43,107 nucleotides of DNA from an uncultured Collinsella sp. (GTDB lineage Bacteria; Actinomycetota; Coriobacteriia; Coriobacteriales; Coriobacteriaceae). Under the pieces are notes generated by a model. It saw nothing but the letters and a program-made list of their open reading frames with translations. It was not told the DNA's origin and ran no database searches. A program made the translations under genes and the position numbers. The stretch's first letter is position 1; each line of letters begins with the position of its first letter. Shown piece after piece: positions 29,596-39,097 of this stretch. Location of the stretch: the NCBI GenBank assembly GCA_902478935.1, contig CABSMV010000001.1:1-43107 (forward strand), in the 5' to 3' direction.

Positions 29596-29720
29596 GGGGA
29601 GGCCAGGGGCTTTGCCCCCAAATCTTTCCGCAGGACGGCAGGACCCCCGCCGCACGAAGTGCACAGCGGGGGTCCTGCCATGTCCGAGGACGATTTGGGG
29701 GCAAAGCCCCTGGCCTCCCC
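29596..29720 (-). repeat. Rod-like structured repeat, copy C
   Basis: On the minus strand: 28-bp perfect outer stem, CGTCCTCGGACATG / CGTCCTGCGGAAAG motifs, apical GCAC-TTC-GTGC. Confidence 0.85.
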
Positions 29721-29741
29721 GGCGAGTATACGGGACGGCGA

Positions 29742-30623
29742 CTACAGGTATTCGATCTGGGCGCCTTCCGTGTCGCACGTGAGGATATGCGTATCACACT
29801 TAGGGAACTGCTCGCGCAGCTTGACCTGCAGGAACTTTGCCACGATGGTGTCGTCAGTCACGGCCATGAGGGTCGAGCCCGAGCCGCTGATCCAGATGGT
29901 CTTGGCGCCTCCGTTAAGGCAGGTGTCGCGCACAGCGTTGTAGTCGGGGATAAGGCGGCGGCGATAGGGCTCCTGGATGCGGTCGTCATTGGCGGCGGCA
30001 ATCAGGTCAAGGTCGCCGGTCTCCAGACCGCGCGTCATGCCAGCAATGCGGCCCATCTGCCACACGGCGGTGGAGAGCGGAATCTCCTGCGGCACGACCT
30101 TGCGCGCCTCGCTCGTATGCACCTCGTAGGGTGGAATCACAGTAATAAAACGAAGCTTGTCGCTTACCTCGTAGCGCAGGCACTGGGGCAGCGAGTCGGT
30201 CGGCGTAAAGGAGCAGACGGCGCCGCCAAGGATGGCGGGAGCGACGTTATCAGGATGCCCCTCGACTTCGGTGGCAATGCGAACAAGCTCGGCACGGTCG
30301 ACGGTGTGGCCCGTCAGTGCGGCGGCTGCCATGATGCCGGCGACGACGCAGGTGGAGCTGGAGCCCAGGCCGCGGGCGACGGGCACGTCGGTCTGGATGT
30401 CGATGGCAACGGGGAAGGCCGGCTCGCCCCATGCGGCCAGCGCATCGACAAAGCTCACATAGACCAGGTTATTCTCGTTTTGGAACTCCTTGGGGCAGCC
30501 CGTGATGGTGAGCTTGTCGGCGCGCTCGAAGGTGAAGTGCGAGTAGAGGCTGACGGCCATGCCGAGGGTGTCGTAGCCGATGCCTAGGTTGGCGCTGGTT
30601 GCTGGGACGGTGATTTTGATCAT
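29742..30623 (-). CDS. thrB: Homoserine kinase
   Basis: VPATSANLGIGYD, PVARGLGSSS, EGHPDNVAP and ISGSGST motifs; RBS AGGAGG. Confidence 0.96.
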   Translation of the reverse strand: MIKITVPATSANLGIGYDTLGMAVSLYSHFTFERADKLTITGCPKEFQNENNLVYVSFVDALAAWGEPAFPVAIDIQTDVPVARGLGSSSTCVVAGIMAAAALTGHTVDRAELVRIATEVEGHPDNVAPAILGGAVCSFTPTDSLPQCLRYEVSDKLRFITVIPPYEVHTSEARKVVPQEIPLSTAVWQMGRIAGMTRGLETGDLDLIAAANDDRIQEPYRRRLIPDYNAVRDTCLNGGAKTIWISGSGSTLMAVTDDTIVAKFLQVKLREQFPKCDTHILTCDTEGAQIEYL

Positions 30624-30637
30624 GTGGGTCCTCCTGG

Positions 30638-30749
30638 GCGGGTCTGGCCGTTTAGTTCGCTGCTCGGGCAGTCCTGGCTCGCTCGGAAAGCACATTAAGT
30701 GCTTTCCGGCTCGTGCGGAACTCGCGACGAACTAAACAGGCAGACCCGC
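30638..30749. repeat. 112-bp rod-like hairpin between thrC and thrB
   Basis: GCGGGTCTG..GTTTAGTTCG / CGAACTAAAC..CAGACCCGC outer stem; CGGAAAGCAC-ATTAA-GTGCTTTCCG apical stem. Confidence 0.75.
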
Positions 30750-30826
30750 ATGTCAGTTCGTCATCATCCCGGGGGTTATCTGATGAAAGAAGGTGCGCCG
30801 GCTTTCGCCGGCGCTTAATAAGGGAT

Positions 30827-32344
30827 CTAGTTGGTGCTCATTCGTTTTGCTGCAGACTCGACGTAGCTTGCCATCTCATCGACGTCGCAGACGTCTTCGA
30901 AGCGGACGGGTTTGGATTCGAGTTCGGCGAGCTGGGTCGGGGCGACCGTGTTGGTGGCCTGCTCGAGCACACGCATAGCCTCAAAATCATCCTCGGGAAC
31001 ATCGAGACCCAGGGCGTCGCAGCAGGCGCGTGGGAACTTGTAGGGGCTGGCGGTCGAAAGCAGCACGCGGGCCTTGGCGCCCTCGGCGGGAGCGACCTTT
31101 TCAAAGACGTGATAGCCGCAAGCGGTGTGCGGGTCGATCACGTAGCCGTTCGCGCCCCAGCAGCTCTTGATGGCAGCGCGGACCTCGTCCTCGCTGGCCC
31201 AACCGCAGCCAAAGACGCTCTGAATCTTTGCCAGCAGGTCGGCGGGAACCTCGTAGCGACCAGTCTGTGCCAGCTGCTCCATAAGGCCGGCAACAAGCTC
31301 GCAGTCGCCATCGGACAGGAAGTACAGCATGCGCTCCAGGTTAGAGCTGATGAGGATGTCCATCGACGGCGAGATGGTCGTGAAGAACGGACGGTTGCGG
31401 TCGTAGACGCCGGTGGTCAAGAAGTCGGCGAGCACGTTGTTCTTGTCGCTCGCGACGATGAGCTTGGCGACGGGCAGACCCATACGCTTGGCATAGTAGC
31501 CGGCCAGGATATCGCCAAAGTTGCCGGTCGGTACGCAGAACTCCACGGCGTCGCCGGCCTCGATAGCGCCGGCGCGCAGCAGCTGCGCATAGGCGGCAAA
31601 GTAGTAGACGACCTGCGGTACCAGACGGCCGACATTGATGGAGTTGGCGCTCGAAAGCACCGTGCCGGCGGCCTCCAGGCGCTCGGCAAGCTCCTTATCG
31701 GCAAAGATACGCTTGACGGCACTCTGGGCGTCGTCAAAGTTGCCGCGGATTCCGCAGACGGCGACGTTATCGCCCTCCTGAGTGGACATCTGCAGGTTCT
31801 GGACGCGGCTGACCTTGCCCTCGGGATAAAAGACGGTGATGCCCGTGCCCGGAGCGTCGGCAAAACCGGCGAGCGCGGCCTTGCCGGTGTCGCCTGACGT
31901 GGCGGTGACGATCATGATGCGCTCGGCGCCGCCGTCCTTGGCGGAAGTGCGGGCCATGAGGCGGGGGAGCATCTGTAGGGCGACGTCCTTGAAGGCGCTT
32001 GTGGGGCCGCCAAAGAGCTCCATCACATAGGTCTGAGGGGCGTCAGCACCCGGCGCTGCGTCGAGTTTGACGAGCGGCGTAACCTCTTCACTCGCGAACG
32101 TGCCGCGGTATGCCTCGTCGACACACGCCGAAATTTCTTCGGCCGTGTAATCATTCAGTAACATTCCCAACACATCTTGAGCGATTTCAAAGTACGATTT
32201 AGCTGCAAGCGAGCTGATATCGACCTGCTGGGTGCCGAGCTCGTCCGAGACAAACAAACCCCCGTCGGGAGCGATGCCAGTGCGGATTGCCACCTTACTT
32301 GAGCACGATAAAGTGCGTCCTCGTGTACTATGATAAGTTCCCAT
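30827..32344 (-). CDS. thrC: Threonine synthase
   Basis: YHSTRG, GIAPDGGLF, PLP lysine in GPTSAFKD, ATSGDTG, SANSINVGR, VPTGNFG and TASPYKF motifs. Confidence 0.96.
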   Translation of the reverse strand: MGTYHSTRGRTLSCSSKVAIRTGIAPDGGLFVSDELGTQQVDISSLAAKSYFEIAQDVLGMLLNDYTAEEISACVDEAYRGTFASEEVTPLVKLDAAPGADAPQTYVMELFGGPTSAFKDVALQMLPRLMARTSAKDGGAERIMIVTATSGDTGKAALAGFADAPGTGITVFYPEGKVSRVQNLQMSTQEGDNVAVCGIRGNFDDAQSAVKRIFADKELAERLEAAGTVLSSANSINVGRLVPQVVYYFAAYAQLLRAGAIEAGDAVEFCVPTGNFGDILAGYYAKRMGLPVAKLIVASDKNNVLADFLTTGVYDRNRPFFTTISPSMDILISSNLERMLYFLSDGDCELVAGLMEQLAQTGRYEVPADLLAKIQSVFGCGWASEDEVRAAIKSCWGANGYVIDPHTACGYHVFEKVAPAEGAKARVLLSTASPYKFPRACCDALGLDVPEDDFEAMRVLEQATNTVAPTQLAELESKPVRFEDVCDVDEMASYVESAAKRMSTN

Positions 32345-32447
32345 ATAACACTGCTCCTCGGATGCCTTGGTCCCAATCGGTGAAACCATGGTATCAGAGC
32401 ACGCAAAATAGGTTCGCAGAGGCTTTTAGAAAGGTAACCTCCAGCCC

Positions 32448-33836
32448 ATGATTAAGATTGCCAAGTTTGGCGGCTCGTCGGTCGCCGACGCCGAACACTT
32501 CAAGAAGATCAAGGCCATCGTCGATGCCGACCCGGCTCGCCGTTTTGTGGTGGTTTCCGCCTGCGGTCGCCGTTTTAAGGGCGACACCAAGGTGACCGAC
32601 CTGCTCTATCTGGTCAATGCGCACGTTAAGTACCACGTGTCGTGTGAGGAGCTACTCGAGGACATTGGCCAGCGCTATTTTGATATCGCTGACGAGCTGG
32701 AGCTCACCTATCCCATCCGTGAGGAGTTCGCGGCCTTTGCCGAGCGCGCCCGCTCGGGCGGCTACTCCACCGAGGAGCTTGTGAGCCGTGGCGAGTACTT
32801 TACCGCCCGCCTGATGGCCGAGTACCTGGGCTTACCGTTCCTGGACGCCGCGACGGTTGTGGCGTTCCATCACGACGGTACGCTCAGCATGAATCGCACC
32901 TCCGAGCTGGTGCAGGAGTACGGTCAGCAGGGCGGCTTTGTTATGCCCGGTTTCTACGGCGCGACGCGTGAGGGCCAGATCAAGCTGCTCGACCGTGGTG
33001 GCGGCGATATCTCGGGCTCGATCTTGGCTAAGTGCCTGGGCGCCGATCTGTACGAGAACTGGACCGACGTCTCGGGCTTCTATTCTGCCGATCCGCGTAT
33101 CGTTCCCGAGGCTCAGCCCATTGCGCGCGTTACCTATGAGGAGCTGCGCGAGCTTTCGTACATGGGCGCAAGCGTCCTGCACGAGGAGGCCGTGTTCCCC
33201 GTGCGCGAGGCGGGTATTCCGCTGGTCATCAAGAACACCAATGCGCCGCAGGACCCCGGCACCATCATTAGCGAGACGGCTGATGAGGGTGAGGCAGAGC
33301 CCATCATTACCGGCGTGACCGGCAAGCGCGGCTTTGTCGCCATCAACGTTGCCCGCGACCGCACCAAGCCCCGTGTTGGCTTTATGCGCCGCGCGCTTTC
33401 GGTCTTCGAGCGCTATGACGTTTCCGTCGAGCACATGCCCACCGGTGTCGACCGCTTTGGCGCCGTGGTGCAGGAGCAGGACGTGCACGACTCGCTGTAC
33501 TCGCTCGTGGGCGACATTCAGCAGGAGGTCGAGCCGCTCGAGATCGAGGTTGTCGAGGGCCTGGCGCTCATCGCGACCGTCGGCCGTAACCTGCGTGGCC
33601 GCGCAGGTATCTCGGGCCATCTGTTTGGCATGCTTGGCCAGGCCGGCGTGAGCGTGCGCATGATTTCGCAGAGCTGCGACGAGATCAACATCATTATCGG
33701 TGTCGAGGAGAAGGACTTCGACCTGGCGATTCAGACCATCTACCGTGCCTTCTCCGATGAGAACGGCATTGTGAAGGTCTCCGACCTGGAGGTCCCCGCA
33801 CCGGTCGATCCCGCCCTGGCCGCGCTCCGCAAGTAG
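32448..33836 (+). CDS. lysC: Aspartate kinase
   Basis: KFGGSS, RGGGDI, WTDVSG..ADPR and ELSYMGASVLH motifs; C-terminal ACT domains. Confidence 0.95.
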   Translation: MIKIAKFGGSSVADAEHFKKIKAIVDADPARRFVVVSACGRRFKGDTKVTDLLYLVNAHVKYHVSCEELLEDIGQRYFDIADELELTYPIREEFAAFAERARSGGYSTEELVSRGEYFTARLMAEYLGLPFLDAATVVAFHHDGTLSMNRTSELVQEYGQQGGFVMPGFYGATREGQIKLLDRGGGDISGSILAKCLGADLYENWTDVSGFYSADPRIVPEAQPIARVTYEELRELSYMGASVLHEEAVFPVREAGIPLVIKNTNAPQDPGTIISETADEGEAEPIITGVTGKRGFVAINVARDRTKPRVGFMRRALSVFERYDVSVEHMPTGVDRFGAVVQEQDVHDSLYSLVGDIQQEVEPLEIEVVEGLALIATVGRNLRGRAGISGHLFGMLGQAGVSVRMISQSCDEINIIIGVEEKDFDLAIQTIYRAFSDENGIVKVSDLEVPAPVDPALAALRK

Positions 33837-33909
33837 CTGCCGTCCCGGTGCATTTTTGGGACAAGTGCCAAAAATCTACGGCGGGGCGTTTCGTTTCGGT
33901 TTCGTTTCG

Positions 33910-33940
33910 ACGGGGCGGGTTTCGTGTCCGCCCCGTTCTT
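33910..33940 (+). terminator. Hairpin / possible terminator between lysC and asd
   Basis: ACGGGGCGG-GTTTCGTGT-CCGCCCCGT-TCTT, preceded by TTTCG tandem repeats. Confidence 0.45.
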
Positions 33941-34010
33941 GTATACACTGGCAACAATAATCAGCCTGCTCGGCGTGCGGGCAAAAGCCAAAACCTTTAA
34001 AGGGGGAAGC

Positions 34011-35036
34011 ATGAAACAGTACACGGTTGCTATTTTGGGCGCGACGGGAGCCGTGGGCACCCAGATGCTCGAGTGCCTCAACGAGCAGGAGCTCCCGGTC
34101 GGCAAGCTTAAGCTGCTGGCGAGCGCGCGTTCTGCGGGCAAGACCGTCGAGTTCCGCGGCGAGCAGATCGTGATTGAAGAGGCTTGCCCCGAGGCCTTTG
34201 AGGGCTGTGATATTGTGCTCGGAGCCGCCGGCGACGATATCGCGAAGGAGCTGCTGCCCGAGGCCGTCAAGCGCGGCGCCGTCGTGGTCGACAACAGCCA
34301 TGCCTTCCGCATGGATCCCGAGGTGCCGCTGGTCGTGCCCGAGATCAATGCCGACGATATCAAGTGGCATCACGGCATTATCGCCAACCCCAACTGCGCG
34401 ACCATCATCGGCCTGGTTCCCACCTGGCCGCTGCATCAGCTCGCCGGCGTGAAGCGCATGATCGTCTCGACGTATCAGGCGGCTTCGGGTGCCGGCGCTC
34501 CCGGCATGGCCGAACTCGAGGCTCAGCTGGCCGCCCTGGGCCGTGGCGAGGAGATTCCCGAGCCGCGCGCGTTTGCCGCCCAGCTGGCGAGCAACCTGAT
34601 TCCGCAGATTGGCGGCGTCAAGGAGGAGGGCTTTACCTCCGAGGAGATGAAGTTGCAAAACGAGGGCCGCAAGATCATGCACCTGCCCGAGCTGCGCGTG
34701 AACTGCACCTGCGTGCGCGTGCCCGTGCTGCGTTCGCACTCCGAGAGCATTACGCTCGAGTTTGAGCGCGATATTACGGTGGAAGAGGCCCGTGCTGCGC
34801 TTGCTACCGCTCCCGGCGTCAAGCTGGTTGACGATATGGCTGCCGAGGATGCACACGACCGCTTCCCCATGCCGATGGACACCTCCGACCAGGACCTGAT
34901 TTGGGTCGGCCGCGTGCGCCGCGACATCTCGAACCCCGACGCTGCGCGCGGCATCACCTTCTGGTGCTGCGGCGACCAAATCCGTAAGGGCGCGGCAACC
35001 AACGCCGTCCAGATCGCTAAGCTGCTCTGCGAGTAG
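34011..35036 (+). CDS. asd: Aspartate-semialdehyde dehydrogenase
   Basis: GATGAVG, IANPNCAT, STYQAASGAG, CVRVPV..HSE and IRKGAATNAVQIA motifs. Confidence 0.96.
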   Translation: MKQYTVAILGATGAVGTQMLECLNEQELPVGKLKLLASARSAGKTVEFRGEQIVIEEACPEAFEGCDIVLGAAGDDIAKELLPEAVKRGAVVVDNSHAFRMDPEVPLVVPEINADDIKWHHGIIANPNCATIIGLVPTWPLHQLAGVKRMIVSTYQAASGAGAPGMAELEAQLAALGRGEEIPEPRAFAAQLASNLIPQIGGVKEEGFTSEEMKLQNEGRKIMHLPELRVNCTCVRVPVLRSHSESITLEFERDITVEEARAALATAPGVKLVDDMAAEDAHDRFPMPMDTSDQDLIWVGRVRRDISNPDAARGITFWCCGDQIRKGAATNAVQIAKLLCE

Positions 35037-35048
35037 TGTGACCTGTCC

Positions 35049-35178
35049 GGCGGGGGCCGGGCTTAGCTTTCAGAACGTCCTCGACCATGTGTGGCGCCTT
35101 GTCCTGCTCCTTCGGAGCCGCGGACAAGGCGCCACACTGGTCTGCGGAGTGTTCTGAAAGCTAAGCCCGGCCCCCGCC
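35049..35178 (+). repeat. Rod-like structured repeat, copy D
   Basis: 27-bp perfect outer stem, CGTCCTCGACCATG / TGGTCTGCGGAGTG motifs, apical GCTCC-TTC-GGAGC. Confidence 0.82.
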
Positions 35179-35437
35179 TTCGGTGACGCTGTTACGAGCG
35201 GACTGCGATGGGGGCGTTGTTGGTTGGGGCCGCTGGGCTGATGGGAGCACGTGGCTGTTGTGGGCCCTGGTCCCGGCGGCGGCCTCGGCGCTTTGCGCCT
35301 GCCGCCTTGGGGGACTGTGGGGCGCGGTCGGCAGCTGCGGCGCGTTCGCGCCTGCTGCCTAGGGTGACTTTGGGGTCGATTGGGGTTGTCTGCACAATTC
35401 GCGGTATTATGTTGCGGAGTTTTGAAAGGAGCCGCTG

Positions 35438-36016
35438 GTGGTCACGACGACGTTTGCTTCGCCTTTGGGCGAAATCTTGCTTGCCGCTGATGGCCGCGGT
35501 CTGACGGGACTTTGGTTTGAGGGGCAGGAGCATTTTGGCTCCACGCTTCTCCGGGAAGACTCCGAACATGTTGAAGGCACCGATGCGGTTTCTGGTGCTG
35601 GCGGCATGTCTTCGGTGAATCCGACAAACGGTGCTGCCTCGTCGGTACTTGAGCGTTCTTGGGCTTGGCTGAATGCTTATTTTGCGGGGCAGGAGCCTCG
35701 GTTTACGCCGCCGTTGCATATGATTGGTACGGCGTTTCAGCGCGAGGTTTGGTTTGAGCTGCTTTCTATCCCGCGTGGCGAGGTCGCTACGTATGGTGAG
35801 ATCGCCCAGCGTGTTGCGGCTCGACATCGTGTACCGGGAAACGAAGCACCCGTTGCGTCTCCCCGTGCCGTGGGGGCCGCGGTCGCGCGTAATCCCATTT
35901 CGATTATTGTGCCGTGCCATCGCGTGGTTGCCGCCGATGGTTCGCTCAACGGATATGCCGGCGGCCTCGACCGCAAGGAGTGGCTGCTGCGGCTTGAGGG
36001 CGCGTACGAGGAGTAA
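35438..36016 (+). CDS. ogt: Methylated-DNA-protein-cysteine S-methyltransferase
   Basis: SPLG, GTAFQREVW, RAVGAA..RNP and VPCHRV active site; RBS AAGGAG. Confidence 0.95.
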   Translation: MVTTTFASPLGEILLAADGRGLTGLWFEGQEHFGSTLLREDSEHVEGTDAVSGAGGMSSVNPTNGAASSVLERSWAWLNAYFAGQEPRFTPPLHMIGTAFQREVWFELLSIPRGEVATYGEIAQRVAARHRVPGNEAPVASPRAVGAAVARNPISIIVPCHRVVAADGSLNGYAGGLDRKEWLLRLEGAYEE

Positions 36017-36161
36017 CGCTCGAGCACTTTGCATAGCCAAGATGCCGTGAAAGGACGAGTCACTGTCCCTTCGCGCTCGGTATGCGTCCAAGCCCTCGGC
36101 ATCTGGGCCTTAAGTTTGGCTAAGCCATATCCTGCGTATTTGAAAACGCGCAGGTTGAGCA

Positions 36162-36178
36162 GCTAAGGCTGCGCTAAG
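36162..36178 (+). promoter_or_regulatory. OmpR/CiaR-type direct-repeat box upstream of the response regulator
   Basis: GCTAAG-N5-GCTAAG. A second TAAG pair is at 36111-36124 and a TATCAT -10 candidate at 36195. Confidence 0.5.
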
Positions 36179-36244
36179 GCGGTTGACGGTGCGCTATCAT
36201 CGGCAGTATCGAAACCTGTAGAGCCGTGCGCCAAAGGAACAACT

Positions 36245-36928
36245 ATGAAGCTGATGCTTGCCGAGGACGAACCTGGCCTCTCCCGCGCCCTCATCGCGAT
36301 TCTTCAACATAGCGACTACGAGGTCGACACCGCCCTCGACGGCCTGACGGCGCTCGAGTATCTACTCACCAACGATTACGACGCCGCAATCCTGGACATC
36401 ATGATGCCCGGCATGGACGGTATCGAGGTGCTCAAGCGCACGCGTGAGGCCGGCAAACGCCTGCCCATCATCATGCTTACGGCCAAAAGCGAGGTGTCCG
36501 ATAAGGTCGAGGGTCTGGATGCCGGTGCCAACGATTACCTGACCAAGCCGTTTGCCGCCAAGGAACTGCTCGCGCGCATTCGTGCTATGACGCGCGCCGC
36601 GACGGCAATTGACGCCACGACGCTCAGCGTGGGCAACGTGCGCCTCGACACGGCATCGTGCACACTTGTGGGTCCCTTGGGCGAGGAACATCTGGCTAAT
36701 CGTGAGTTTCAGCTTATGGAGCTCTTTATGCGCAACGCCAGCACGCGCATGCCTACCGAGCGTTTGATGCTCGAGGTTTGGGGTGAGGACGCGCCCGAAG
36801 GCGCCAACGTGGTGTGGGTCTACATCTCATACCTGCGCAAAAAGCTGACGGCGTTGGGTGCCAATGTGGCCATCCGCGCGTCGCGCAATCAGGGATATTC
36901 GCTTGAGGTTGTCGAGGAGGGCGAATAA
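36245..36928 (+). CDS. OmpR/PhoB-family response regulator
   Basis: AEDE, LDIMMP, GANDYLTKPF and winged helix VWVYISYLRKKL. Confidence 0.96.
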   Translation: MKLMLAEDEPGLSRALIAILQHSDYEVDTALDGLTALEYLLTNDYDAAILDIMMPGMDGIEVLKRTREAGKRLPIIMLTAKSEVSDKVEGLDAGANDYLTKPFAAKELLARIRAMTRAATAIDATTLSVGNVRLDTASCTLVGPLGEEHLANREFQLMELFMRNASTRMPTERLMLEVWGEDAPEGANVVWVYISYLRKKLTALGANVAIRASRNQGYSLEVVEEGE

Positions 36929-36930
36929 GC

Positions 36931-38310
36931 GTGAGCGCGAGCGCGTGGTGGAAGCGCATGGCGACAAAGCTCGGCATGGGAGCGGACTCGGGTAATCCGG
37001 GGCGCGTCGATGCTGCCAGTGCAATGGGACGTCGTCTGCGTCGCAAGTTCATCCTGGTTGCCATGGGTGCCGTGACCGTCGTGCTTACGCTCATCATTGC
37101 CGGCATCAACGTCGTCAACTACTCGCATATCTGCAATATGGCCGATGCTCGCCTGGACTATATCTTGGCGGGCAAGAACGGCATTGATTGGACGGATGAG
37201 CCTAAGACCGACCCCGGCCAGGATGTGGGCGCCGGTAAGACCGCTGCCGGTGACCGGGTGGCCGTGCGCGCCGGGCATTTTGAAGGTATGACGGCGGAGT
37301 CTCCCTTCGACACGCGCTACTTTACGGTGTCGATTGCCGGTGGGCAGGTGACCGATGTCAACACGGCCCGCATTGCCGCGGTGGGCGCTAAGCGTGCTGC
37401 ACGCATCGCTGCAGGACTATATTCCAAGGGTTGGACCTCGGGCTTTTCTGGTAACTACCGCTATACGGTTACGGTTCAGGGCGACGAGACAACCTATGTG
37501 TTCGTGGACTGCTCGCGGGAGCTTGCAAGCTTTCATTCGTTTTTGAGTGCGAGCATGGCAATCAGTTGCATTGGCTGGCTGGCGGTGCTGGCAATTGTGG
37601 CGGGCGCCTCGGGTGCGGTGATTCGACCGATGGTTGAGAGTTACAGCAAGCAGAAGCGCTTTATTACCGATGCAAGCCACGAAATCAAGACACCGCTGGC
37701 CGTGATCGACGCTGCTAACGAGGTGCAGGAAATCGAGAGCGGCGAGAGCGAGTGGACGCAGAGCATTCACGAACAGGTTAAACGGTTGACGGCACTCACG
37801 GAGCGTCTGGTATTTTTAGCTCGCATGGACGAGGGCTCGGCGGGCTTTACCATGACATCGATCGATCTTTCGGAGGCAGTGGACAAGGCGGCGGCGCCGT
37901 TTGAGTCGGTGGCGGTTTCGCGCGGCAAGCGTCTGTCGACTTCGATTGCGAGCGGCGTGCGGGCCCATGCCGACGCTGCAGCGGTGGCGCAGGTGGTTGA
38001 GTTGCTGCTGGACAACGCCACGCGCTATGCGAGCGAGGGCAGCGTGATTGAGCTGAGCTTGCGCGCGGCCTCGCGCGGTCAGGGTAAGGGCGCCGCTGAA
38101 CTTGTCGTATCGAACGCCGTGGACGAACTGCCCGAAGGCGACCTGGATCGATTGTTCGACCGTTTCTATCGTGCGGACGTGTCGCGCAGCTCCAAGACGG
38201 GCGGCTCGGGCGTGGGCCTATCCGTGGTGCGTGCCATCGCCGAGGCCCATGGCGGGAGCGCTTCTGTCTGCGGCCACGGCAACCAGATCACCTTCACCGT
38301 CCGCCTCTAA
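36931..38310 (+). CDS. Sensor histidine kinase (CiaH-like, 2 TM)
   Basis: FITDASHEIKTPL H-box, LLDNATRYA, LFDRFYRAD and GSGVGLS motifs. The exact start is uncertain. Confidence 0.94.
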   Translation: MSASAWWKRMATKLGMGADSGNPGRVDAASAMGRRLRRKFILVAMGAVTVVLTLIIAGINVVNYSHICNMADARLDYILAGKNGIDWTDEPKTDPGQDVGAGKTAAGDRVAVRAGHFEGMTAESPFDTRYFTVSIAGGQVTDVNTARIAAVGAKRAARIAAGLYSKGWTSGFSGNYRYTVTVQGDETTYVFVDCSRELASFHSFLSASMAISCIGWLAVLAIVAGASGAVIRPMVESYSKQKRFITDASHEIKTPLAVIDAANEVQEIESGESEWTQSIHEQVKRLTALTERLVFLARMDEGSAGFTMTSIDLSEAVDKAAAPFESVAVSRGKRLSTSIASGVRAHADAAAVAQVVELLLDNATRYASEGSVIELSLRAASRGQGKGAAELVVSNAVDELPEGDLDRLFDRFYRADVSRSSKTGGSGVGLSVVRAIAEAHGGSASVCGHGNQITFTVRL

Positions 38311-38341
38311 AACCTGCCAAAATGAACCTGTCCCTTTTTGG
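38308..38341 (-). repeat. 13-nt-loop hairpin repeat, inverted relative to 41873-41906
   Basis: Reverse complement is CCAAAAAGGGACAGGTTCATTTTGGCAGGTTTTA, 33/34 identical to 41873-41906. Confidence 0.85.
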
Positions 38342-38395
38342 TCGGTGCGAAATGGGTAATACTAAGGAGTTATCCGACCAGATGGGAATAAATCG

Positions 38396-39090
<695 letters not shown>

Positions 39091-39097
<7 letters not shown>

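Noticed and set aside
32100..32344. Lower-GC 5' end of thrC as a recombination mosaic
   Set aside because: It can be explained by the normal 5' codon ramp, and cannot be supported without alignments.
33887..33909. TTTCG tandem repeats as a DeoR/AgaR operator upstream of asd
   Set aside because: There is no functional link to that regulator; more likely a simple microsatellite beside a hairpin.
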